Part shown: positions 56,665-64,000 of the stretch, piece after piece
How the letters are laid out: each line of letters opens with the position of its first letter
Numbering within the stretch: the first letter of the stretch is position 1
Origin: Candidatus Woesearchaeota archaeon
GTDB taxonomy: Archaea > Nanobdellota > Nanobdellia > Pacearchaeales > GW2011-AR1
Reading direction: 5' to 3'
DNA length: 64,000 nucleotides
NCBI GenBank assembly: GCA_964497435.1
Contig: CAZCCD010000003.1
Span: 53,683 to 117,682 of the forward strand
Position numbers and translations under genes: made by a program
Notes under the pieces: model-generated
The model's input: only the letters and a program-made list of their open reading frames with translations
What the model was told of the DNA's origin: nothing
Databases searched by the model: none

Positions 56665-57840
56665 ATGGGGATATTTGATTTTTTTAGAAAAATAACTAAG
56701 ACAAACAATTTTGAAGAGATTGTTATAGAAAAGCTAACTTTTTTTGAGATTGAAAATTGGATTGAAAGGAGAATAAGAGAAAATGAACTTAAGGAGAAAG
56801 AGATTCTCTTTGTGGCCGGATGGAAGATTAAGGATTTTATTAAGGAACTTAGAGAGAAAATAGTAATTTTAAAGGGTGTTGATGTTGATGCAAGAAAGGA
56901 GAAAGATGAGATTAAAAACATTGTAATTGATAGTAGAAAAAAATATATAGAACTTGTGGAAGACTTAATTGAAAGATTAAATAACCTAGAAGAACCAAAA
57001 TTAGAGAGATTTATTGAGAGGATAAATAAGATTTTCTTTGATTTTAATAAAAGCTCATTTAAGAATTATGAAAGGGCTACAATTTTAATTGGAAAAGAAA
57101 TGGCAAGTATAAAATTCGGTGTAAGAGCTTTTTCTAAGGACCTATTAAAAACATACGAAAAAGGTAAAAGTGTTGTGGATTTTTTTAAAAGGATCTCTTT
57201 AGTTAAGTCGAAATTAGATATGATTCCTTCCATTGATAGAACCTTTGGAAAAATTAGTGAAACGATACTATCTCTTAATGGAAAGATAATGGATAAAGAA
57301 GAAGAAAATAAAAAAATCTTGGAAGAAATAGAAAAAATTAAGAAGAGTTCTAATTATTTGGGGTATTTGAGAAATCAAAAAAAGATCGAATCCCTAAAAG
57401 AAGAGTTAAAAAATGATATTTTTAGATTAAAACAACTTCTTGATTTTAAGGCCTTAGCTAATTTTTTCCACATAAACGAAGAACAAATGAATATCTTAAA
57501 AAATTATAAAGAAGATTTTTATACACACTTTATAGAAGACGATGGAAAATCAATTATAAGTTTGTTAGATGAAGCTAAATTAAACAATGAGAAAATATTA
57601 GATAAAATAGAAAAAATATATTCTAAATTAGAAGAAACAAAAAAACATGAACAAGAAATAAAAGAAGACGAAACCCAAGAATTATATCCTAAAATAAAAG
57701 AAATTGTATTAGAAATTGACAATCTAAAAATAGAAAAGGCTAAAGAAGAAAAAAGACATGAGAAACTAAAAACAAATAAGGAAGAGTTAATTAGTATATT
57801 AAAACAAGAGCTTGGTAAGATGAATGTGGAAGTAATTTGA
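56665..57840 (+). CDS. Coiled-coil (Lys/Glu-rich) hypothetical protein
   Basis: 391 aa of heptad-like K/E-rich sequence. Confidence 0.5.
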   Translation: MGIFDFFRKITKTNNFEEIVIEKLTFFEIENWIERRIRENELKEKEILFVAGWKIKDFIKELREKIVILKGVDVDARKEKDEIKNIVIDSRKKYIELVEDLIERLNNLEEPKLERFIERINKIFFDFNKSSFKNYERATILIGKEMASIKFGVRAFSKDLLKTYEKGKSVVDFFKRISLVKSKLDMIPSIDRTFGKISETILSLNGKIMDKEEENKKILEEIEKIKKSSNYLGYLRNQKKIESLKEELKNDIFRLKQLLDFKALANFFHINEEQMNILKNYKEDFYTHFIEDDGKSIISLLDEAKLNNEKILDKIEKIYSKLEETKKHEQEIKEDETQELYPKIKEIVLEIDNLKIEKAKEEKRHEKLKTNKEELISILKQELGKMNVEVI

Positions 57841-57855
57841 GTTCTTTGGACTGTC

Positions 57856-58779
57856 TCAAACAATTACTTTATCTTTAAACTTAACTCTTTCCTCTTTATA
57901 AGTAAATGTTTCAACAATTCCACCGTAATTTCTTTCCAAATGAGAAACTGTTTCTTCAGCTAAATGTTCAGGAGTAGAAGCTCCAGAAGTAACTCCCAGA
58001 TTTCTAACTGCTTCTAACCAAACTGGTTTAATATCTCTAAATGTTGAGATTAAATATGCATCGACATTATTTATTGCTGCTGTTTCAACTAACCTTTGTG
58101 AATTAGAGCTGTTCTTACTTCCTATAATTAAAAACAAGTCCACCATTTTCGCCATTGCCATTACAGCTTCCTGCCTGTTTGTCGTGGCATAACAGATATC
58201 ATCTTGAGGCATTACAAAATTAGGAAAATCTGTTTTTAGTGCTTTGACTATTGGTTCAACATCATAAGAAGATAAGGTTGTTTGAGTTATTCCAGCGACT
58301 TTAGCCTCCCTAGGTATTGAAAGCCTCTCGACATCTAGAGGAGTCTGAACTAAATGAATTCCCTGAACCTGCCCCATTGTACCCCTTACTTCTTGATGTC
58401 CCCCATGGCCTATCAAAACTACTTCATACCCTAATCCAAAGTATTTTCTTGCTTTTGTGTGCACTTTACTAACTAAATCGCAAGTAGCATCGTTCACTCT
58501 CATGTTTCTTTTTCTAGCTTCTAGATATACTGATTCAGGGCTCCCATGCGCTGAAAGAACTACTCTAGCTCCATCAGGAACTTTAGAGATATCTTCAACA
58601 AATATGGCATTATAATTTTCTGTTAAATCTCTCACAACGTGTTCATTGTGAACAATTTCATGAATCATGTAAATGGGTTCACCTGGAAAAGCTTCCGCAA
58701 CTCTTTTTACAGTATCTACAGCTACTTCAACTCCAGCACAATAACCTCTGGGCTTTGCAAGAATAATTCTTTCAAGCAT
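57856..58779 (-). CDS. ispH: 4-hydroxy-3-methylbut-2-enyl diphosphate reductase (IspH/LytB)
   Basis: PRGYCAGVEVAV, IYMIHEIVHNEHVV, SAHG, DATC, ITQTTLS, DICYATTNRQEAV, GSKNSSNS, GASTPE; collinear with E. coli IspH. Confidence 0.85.
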   Translation of the reverse strand: MLERIILAKPRGYCAGVEVAVDTVKRVAEAFPGEPIYMIHEIVHNEHVVRDLTENYNAIFVEDISKVPDGARVVLSAHGSPESVYLEARKRNMRVNDATCDLVSKVHTKARKYFGLGYEVVLIGHGGHQEVRGTMGQVQGIHLVQTPLDVERLSIPREAKVAGITQTTLSSYDVEPIVKALKTDFPNFVMPQDDICYATTNRQEAVMAMAKMVDLFLIIGSKNSSNSQRLVETAAINNVDAYLISTFRDIKPVWLEAVRNLGVTSGASTPEHLAEETVSHLERNYGGIVETFTYKEERVKFKDKVIV

Positions 58780-58854
58780 TCAATTTAATCTAATGAGCAA
58801 TTAATAAACTTAATGAAAAATATAAAAACCCCAATTTCTTTATAATAAGGTCAA

Positions 58855-59193
58855 ATGAAACAGGTAATTTTAGACACGAGCTTTATCTTGACATGTTTGA
58901 AGCAGAAGATAGATTTCTTTGAAGAACTTGAACTTGAAGGATACCAAATAATAATTCCAAAACAAGTCTTAAATGAGTTAAAAGGATTAAAATCAAAACT
59001 TGCCTTAGATCTTTTAAGTTATCATAAATACAAGACCATAGATTTGGATTCTAAGAATGTTGATGATGGGATAATCAGGTATGCAGAAGAAAATCCAGAG
59101 GTGATTGTAGGGACTCTAGACAAAGGAATACAGGATGAAATTAAAAATAAGAAGATTATAATTAGGGGAATGAAGAAGCTAGAGGTTGTTTGA
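58855..59193 (+). CDS. PIN-domain protein
   Basis: QVILDTSFIL N-terminal acidic motif; about 110 aa. Confidence 0.5.
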   Translation: MKQVILDTSFILTCLKQKIDFFEELELEGYQIIIPKQVLNELKGLKSKLALDLLSYHKYKTIDLDSKNVDDGIIRYAEENPEVIVGTLDKGIQDEIKNKKIIIRGMKKLEVV

Positions 59194-59209
59194 AATATTA
59201 ATAAATTTT

Positions 59210-59500
59210 TTAGAAAATTGTTTTTCTATTGACAGCTCTCACAACAATCCAATGCAAAATTGCAAATATAAAAATAAATCCTGCAAGAAAAAAGAGAGCA
59301 TAACTATTGGTTTTATCTATATAAAATACAATAATTCCTAATGCCAAACTAACAAAAGCTAAAACAAAAGGTATTACTGGGTGGGGTTTTCTTGAGACAA
59401 TTCCTCTTCTTTCTAAGCTCTTTATGTATCTTAAAAGATTCATTTTAATTATCTTTGTTTCTTTTCTTTTTAACTCTTTATCTAGAATAAACTCCATCAC
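59210..59500 (-). CDS. Small membrane protein
   Basis: Two TM helices. Confidence 0.4.
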   Translation of the reverse strand: MMEFILDKELKRKETKIIKMNLLRYIKSLERRGIVSRKPHPVIPFVLAFVSLALGIIVFYIDKTNSYALFFLAGFIFIFAILHWIVVRAVNRKTIF

Positions 59501-59585
59501 ACAAAAATATATAAACTTCCCATACCCTTCAGTTTTATGGGATTTAATCTCTTTTATAAATTAAATTATGGGAGGTTAATATAAA

Positions 59586-59798
59586 TTGAATAAACTTTTA
59601 GCTTTAGGAATTCTGGCTTTGGTTTTAGGAACAGCTTTTGTTATTGTTTCTACACCGAGTGTGAGTGCGACACCCTATCCAACATCAATTTTACCAGGAC
59701 ATTGTATGGATGATGAATTATATGGATGGGATGCTAATTATGTTGGTGGTCCTAGAATAGGCCAAGAACCTGCACCTTCATGTCCAGGCATTGATTAA
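59586..59798 (+). CDS. Small secreted protein
   Basis: Signal peptide MNKLLALGILALVLGTAFVIVSTPSVSA. Confidence 0.4.
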   Translation: MNKLLALGILALVLGTAFVIVSTPSVSATPYPTSILPGHCMDDELYGWDANYVGGPRIGQEPAPSCPGID

Positions 59799-59815
59799 GA
59801 ATTATTTTAATTTTT

Positions 59816-61414
59816 TTATTTTATTTCTGCCTCTCCCACTGCCCAACTAGTTGGTTGTGAACCCAGATCTCTTTCTCTTTTAGTAAATGCAATTATGTAA
59901 TATTCTCCGGCTTTTAAGGTGTCAGGAATTTCTACGTTTAAAGCAAGAAGAGCATTAGGGTTTTCCATATTAAGACTTTTTGTGAATATTGATGGAGGAA
60001 GTCCTTCGTTAGATTTTGTTGTCATCCTTTCTTTTGTTTCGCTTGTGCTGCCAATATCAAAATACCATCTGGGAGGCAAATCCACTATCACTTCAGCTTT
60101 TCTTTCTTTTTTAGGAGTTAATGAAAGATACAATTCACTATTGCTGCCCGCATCTAAAACAGGGATTAACAAGTTTTCTTCTCTTCCTCTAGTTAATATT
60201 ATGTCTGGATATAGTTCAGGAAATCCTCCTGGACCAAGTTGTTTTATTTCCCATGGTTGTAATCCATATTTTGGAAATGTATAAACAAATCCCTTTTCTG
60301 TTGCTTTATCCCCACTTCTAACTCTAACTCCTATATGAATATCTTTAGTTTCATTATTTTTTCCAACTATATGAAACGGCTTAGTATGAATTTTTTTAGA
60401 AATTCTTGTATCATCACCCATGACAAAAGATACGGCAACTCTAGAAGAATCTCCATCTATAATTTTTCCTTCTGGAGTCATTATTGAATAAATAACTGAA
60501 AATTCTCCTCTTGAGCTATCTCCATTTCTAGCTTTTCTCCCAGCAATTTCTCTAGTTGAGAGATAAACATTTATCAATGCACTTGCCCTATCCCATTTCT
60601 TGCTAGGATCTCTTGATCCATTTGAATCTATCGGAAATAACATACTGCCGATCCCATCAACCTTTAATCCTCTAAAAGGAGTTGTTGAATAAGCAACATC
60701 TTTTGCATTTTCAAAAAATCTCCTGTCAGCATCTGTTGTTCTTGGGTCTCTATATTTATCAACAATGCCACAAGAATTCTCAGAAGGATCGATTGTAACA
60801 AGTCTTTTTATATCGTCGCTGGTTGAGAGGATTTCAAACTCTCCTTTTTTATCTCTTTCAATTCTGGCTTTAAAACCATTTGGAAAAGTGTAAACATTTG
60901 CAGCACGATTCTCAATTTCTCTATCAGGCACTCCCAATCTTGTGATAAGTTGGAATAAAATGTCTCCTGGTCTGGCCCCCCATCCTAATGCTGTCTTAAC
61001 TCTTTCTTCTAATTCTCCTTCAGCTTCTAAAAATTCATTAACAACAGAGGTTTTTATAGGATCTAAAACATACAGAATAGTTTGAGCATTTTTCATCACT
61101 TTATTAGAATCTTCAGGTAATCTTAATTCTAAAATTCCTCTATAAAGAGTTGCTTCTCTTGACATTTCTCCTTTATAAGATGCAGCCAACATTGATAAGT
61201 CTGCAACAGCATAAAAATAAGCCCAATTATCTAAAGTAAGGTTTTTAAGGCTGGAATAAAATTCACTATTCTTAAACTGTGAGGATTCAATCACATAACT
61301 TCCGGTTTGAGCATTTACATTTATCGGGGTAGAAAAAGCAATGGCTGTTGCTGCAACAAAACTTCTTCCACTTTGAGATCTAAAAGTTTTGTTTAATTTA
61401 TCTATTAATCCCAT
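59816..61414 (-). CDS. Secreted hypothetical protein
   Basis: N-terminal signal-like segment; 532 aa. Confidence 0.5.
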   Translation of the reverse strand: MGLIDKLNKTFRSQSGRSFVAATAIAFSTPINVNAQTGSYVIESSQFKNSEFYSSLKNLTLDNWAYFYAVADLSMLAASYKGEMSREATLYRGILELRLPEDSNKVMKNAQTILYVLDPIKTSVVNEFLEAEGELEERVKTALGWGARPGDILFQLITRLGVPDREIENRAANVYTFPNGFKARIERDKKGEFEILSTSDDIKRLVTIDPSENSCGIVDKYRDPRTTDADRRFFENAKDVAYSTTPFRGLKVDGIGSMLFPIDSNGSRDPSKKWDRASALINVYLSTREIAGRKARNGDSSRGEFSVIYSIMTPEGKIIDGDSSRVAVSFVMGDDTRISKKIHTKPFHIVGKNNETKDIHIGVRVRSGDKATEKGFVYTFPKYGLQPWEIKQLGPGGFPELYPDIILTRGREENLLIPVLDAGSNSELYLSLTPKKERKAEVIVDLPPRWYFDIGSTSETKERMTTKSNEGLPPSIFTKSLNMENPNALLALNVEIPDTLKAGEYYIIAFTKRERDLGSQPTSWAVGEAEIK

Positions 61415-61471
61415 ACTCTACATAGGCATAACTTCTATATATAAATTTTGCTTTTTGGGAACAAATATTTA

Positions 61472-62149
61472 TCATCTATTAATAACATGAAATCCAGATA
61501 TTATTTCCTTAAAAAAATCCTCAAGATTTGCTCTTTTACTTTCAGGCAATTTGTTCGTATTATCTAATACTTGAATGATATATCCTCTCTGATTTTTAAT
61601 TAACGTAGCTATTAAATGTTTTACTTCACTAGTTGTGCCTTTATAATTAACTGATGAAATTGTTTGATGAATCAATGCTGGGCAGTTGTCAATTACAATG
61701 TTCTCGTCATTTCCCCTATATTCTTTATTTTCAATAAATCTCCTTGGCACAATTCTGGCAATTGCCATTCCTATATAATATCCTTCTTTTGAAACATTAT
61801 GAAGAGTGTCCAAAGATGTGACACTATCGACCCACATCACACTTAAAATTGCTTTATCACTAAAAAATCTGTCAATTCCTTCACTGCTCGTGTTTTGAGT
61901 TTGTCCAGTGCTGTCTGGGTTAAGTGTGTCTACTTTAAACCCCTCATTTAACGGATTAACACTTAAGCCATACCTTCCAAGATTGCTAGTGTAAACTAAT
62001 TTTGTTACCTTTTCATTAACTTCATCTTCTATTAAAACATTTTCAAGTCTTGATGTATCTTTAGATAATGGATTTGCTGTTAAAGAAGAAAAACCGTTCA
62101 GGCTTGGCCAGGTTAAAGAAGCAACCATTAAATATGGTAAAATTTTCAT
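61472..62149 (-). CDS. Secreted hypothetical protein
   Basis: Signal peptide MKILPYLMVASLTWPSLNG. Confidence 0.5.
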   Translation of the reverse strand: MKILPYLMVASLTWPSLNGFSSLTANPLSKDTSRLENVLIEDEVNEKVTKLVYTSNLGRYGLSVNPLNEGFKVDTLNPDSTGQTQNTSSEGIDRFFSDKAILSVMWVDSVTSLDTLHNVSKEGYYIGMAIARIVPRRFIENKEYRGNDENIVIDNCPALIHQTISSVNYKGTTSEVKHLIATLIKNQRGYIIQVLDNTNKLPESKRANLEDFFKEIISGFHVINR

Positions 62150-62253
62150 TAAATGCTCTAATTTTTATTATTTTTAAATTTTTTGTATGCAGAAACTTTA
62201 AAAACCAACTTTTACTATTTTTTACAACTATCTAAAGATAAAATTAAAATAAA

Positions 62254-62871
62254 ATGTTCTATTTAAGTGAAGTTGAAGATTATGTAAGAGTCGCGCCAAA
62301 GCTTTTTGGTCTGCCTACTATGGAGGCTATTGAAGAACAACTTAAAGAAATTTATTCTAATTATTACGATGAAGAGCTTGGAAAAGTCATAACTGTCGTA
62401 GAAATCCTTAATGTTGGAGAAGGAGTCATGATACCCGGAGATGGCGCTGCATATTATAAATCAGCATTCAAACTCTTGACATGGAAGCCTGAATTACAAG
62501 AGCTTTTATTTGGTGAGATAGCAGAAATAACTAATTTTGGAGCTTTCATTAACATGGGAGTAATGAGGGGGATGATTCATATAGGTCAGACAATGGATGA
62601 TTATGTTTCATTTTCAAAATCAAATGTTCTAACTGGAAAGGCTTCAAAGAGATCATTGAAGGCAGGAGATTTATGCCTTGCTAGAATAGTTGCAATAAGC
62701 CATAAAGGTGAAGAGCCAAAAATTGGATTGACAATGAGACAGCCGGGTCTCGGTAAATTAGATTGGATTAAAGAAGATCAAATTAAGAGAGAAAAAGCAG
62801 AGAAACTTGCTTTGAAAGTAGAAGAGAAAACACCAAAAAAAAGCAAGAAGGAGAAGAAAGACAAAAAATGA
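62254..62871 (+). CDS. rpoE: DNA-directed RNA polymerase subunit E' (Rpo7/RpoE)
   Basis: N-terminal RNP-like domain plus S1 domain (GDGAAYYKSAFKLLTWKPELQELLFGEIAEITNFGAFINMGVMRGMIHIGQ...IGLTMRQPGLG). Confidence 0.85.
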   Translation: MFYLSEVEDYVRVAPKLFGLPTMEAIEEQLKEIYSNYYDEELGKVITVVEILNVGEGVMIPGDGAAYYKSAFKLLTWKPELQELLFGEIAEITNFGAFINMGVMRGMIHIGQTMDDYVSFSKSNVLTGKASKRSLKAGDLCLARIVAISHKGEEPKIGLTMRQPGLGKLDWIKEDQIKREKAEKLALKVEEKTPKKSKKEKKDKK

Positions 62872-62920
62872 AACAAAAAATAAATTATAAATTTCCATTT
62901 TATTTCCTTTGGAGGATCAA

Positions 62921-63109
62921 ATGAAACAAAAAGCATGCAAGATTTGTAACGCAATTTATGAGACAGGAGATAAATGCCCAAAATGCGGGGCTAGAGAATT
63001 CACAGATAATTTCAAAGGAAGAATTGTTGTTGTAAATCCTGAAAAATCAGAAATGGCTAAAAAATTAAAAATTAAAGGTAAGGGAAATTATGCAATTAAA
63101 ACTAGATAA
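62921..63109 (+). CDS. spt4: Transcription elongation factor Spt4 (RpoE'')
   Basis: KACKICNAIYETGDKCPKCGAREFTDNFKGRIVVVNPEKSEMAKKLKI; zinc ribbon plus NGN-binding region. Confidence 0.8.
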   Translation: MKQKACKICNAIYETGDKCPKCGAREFTDNFKGRIVVVNPEKSEMAKKLKIKGKGNYAIKTR

Positions 63110-63110
63110 C

Positions 63111-63452
63111 ATGGAATTACATAAAGTTTCTAAAGAATTTGAGAACAAATTATTTAAGAGGAAAGAAATAGAATTTGTTATAGTTTCTAATTCTGTTCCA
63201 AGCAGAAAAGATGTTGAAGAAATTATTTCAAAAAAATATTCAACTAACCCTGAAAATATAAAAATAAAGAAGATTCACGGGAAATTTGGAACCAAAGAAT
63301 TTAATATTATTGCTAATGTTTATGATTCTGAAAAGGAAAGAGATTCTACAGAGTTTCACAAGAAGAAAGATGTAGAAAGAAGGAAGAAACCTGAAACTCC
63401 CAAAGAAAATCCTAAAGAAGAAAATAAACCCGAAGAACAAAAATCTGAATAA
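63111..63452 (+). CDS. rps24e: 30S ribosomal protein S24e
   Basis: FKRKEIEFVIVSNSVPSRKDVEEIISKKYS...IKKIHGKFGTKEFNIIANVYDS. Confidence 0.8.
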   Translation: MELHKVSKEFENKLFKRKEIEFVIVSNSVPSRKDVEEIISKKYSTNPENIKIKKIHGKFGTKEFNIIANVYDSEKERDSTEFHKKKDVERRKKPETPKENPKEENKPEEQKSE

Positions 63453-63454
63453 CA

Positions 63455-63661
63455 ATGGCTGATAAAGGAAAAAAAGGAAAGAAGCCCCATAAAAATAAAC
63501 CGACTAGCAAGAAATATTCTAAGTATAAAATAGATGGCGGAAAAATAACAAGGGAAAAGTTCTGTCCAAGATGTGGGCCAGGAATATTTTTAATGAATGC
63601 AAATGACAGAGTTTATTGTGGCAAATGCCATTATAGCGAGTTCTTGACTAAAAGTAAATAA
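63455..63661 (+). CDS. rps27ae: 30S ribosomal protein S27ae
   Basis: YKIDGGKITREKFCPRCGPGIFLMNANDRVYCGKCHY zinc ribbon. Confidence 0.85.
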   Translation: MADKGKKGKKPHKNKPTSKKYSKYKIDGGKITREKFCPRCGPGIFLMNANDRVYCGKCHYSEFLTKSK

Positions 63662-63785
63662 TATCAATAATTAGTCAAGGACGAGCAGAGTTTATAAGTA
63701 AAGCAAAATAAAATATTAATAGTTACTTATGAACGAGTAGAATTCTTGACCAAAAGTAAATAATATCAATGAATATTAACTTATT
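63627..63785 (+). repeat. Three imperfect ~50-bp tandem repeats spanning the 3' end of rps27ae and downstream
   Basis: ttcttgactaaaagtaaataatatcaat (63640) is repeated as ttcttgaccaaaagtaaataatatcaat (63741), with a more diverged middle unit (gacgagcagagtttataagtaaagcaaaataaaatatt). Confidence 0.55.
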
Positions 63786-64000
63786 CCACAACTTTTTTAA
63801 TTTTAATATAAAATTGGGCAAATTAATTCCAATAACAAAGTTATCTTCACAGAATTAATTTATTAAGCCCGCAAATTAATTTACTCTTTTGAGTTAATTT
63901 GAATATGATATTTTAATTTAAACCCTGGTCAGCGATATTCTTCGTTTTAAGCCTTTCTAATTTCTTCGAAATTATAAACCCTGGGATAGATGTATTGAGT

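Noticed and set aside
1-64000. CRISPR arrays / rRNA genes
   Set aside because: No regularly spaced short direct repeats and no rRNA-like conserved stretches were seen anywhere in the window.

Overview
AT-rich (~30% GC), gene-dense fragment that looks like a DPANN-type archaeal genome. Supporting signs: aIF5B, diphthine synthase, RpoE'/Spt4/S24e/S27ae operon, class-III-signal-peptide pilins, intron-containing tRNAs, archaeal-type SRP RNA. Core genes found: ArgRS, IleRS, SerRS, aIF5B, uS10, RpoE', Spt4, S24e, S27ae, Dph5, IspH, aminotransferase, SRP RNA, tRNA-Leu(UAA) and tRNA-Asp(GUC). Both tRNAs carry introns at position 37/38; the tRNA-Asp intron is ~175 nt and holds a structured repeat that also occurs elsewhere in the window. 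Accessory content: (1) a type IV pilus/archaellum-like locus of five pilin-like genes plus a FlaI/TadA-type ATPase interrupted by an intein; (2) a 4.6-kb giant Cys-rich surface protein with a co-transcribed small Cys-rich membrane protein, a LysM protein and several secreted proteins; (3) an extracytoplasmic disulfide module (CcdA, membrane-anchored thioredoxin-like protein, a DsbA-like protein with degenerate active site, secreted cyclophilin); (4) a defence island holding methyltransferase gene remnants, a DpnI-like methyl-directed restriction endonuclease, three toxin-antitoxin-like pairs (DUF4258/DUF2283, MNT/HEPN, AbrB/PIN) and an uncharacterised two-gene pair; (5) a tRNA-Leu-adjacent two-gene module ending in a GIY-YIG nuclease; (6) nucleases suited to nucleotide scavenging (SNase-like, DEDDh exonuclease, an EEP remnant); (7) gene decay (truncated dph2, MTase remnants, EEP remnant, homopolymer frameshift); (8) recurring GC-richer intergenic motifs directly upstream of TATA-like boxes. 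No CRISPR array or rRNA is visible.
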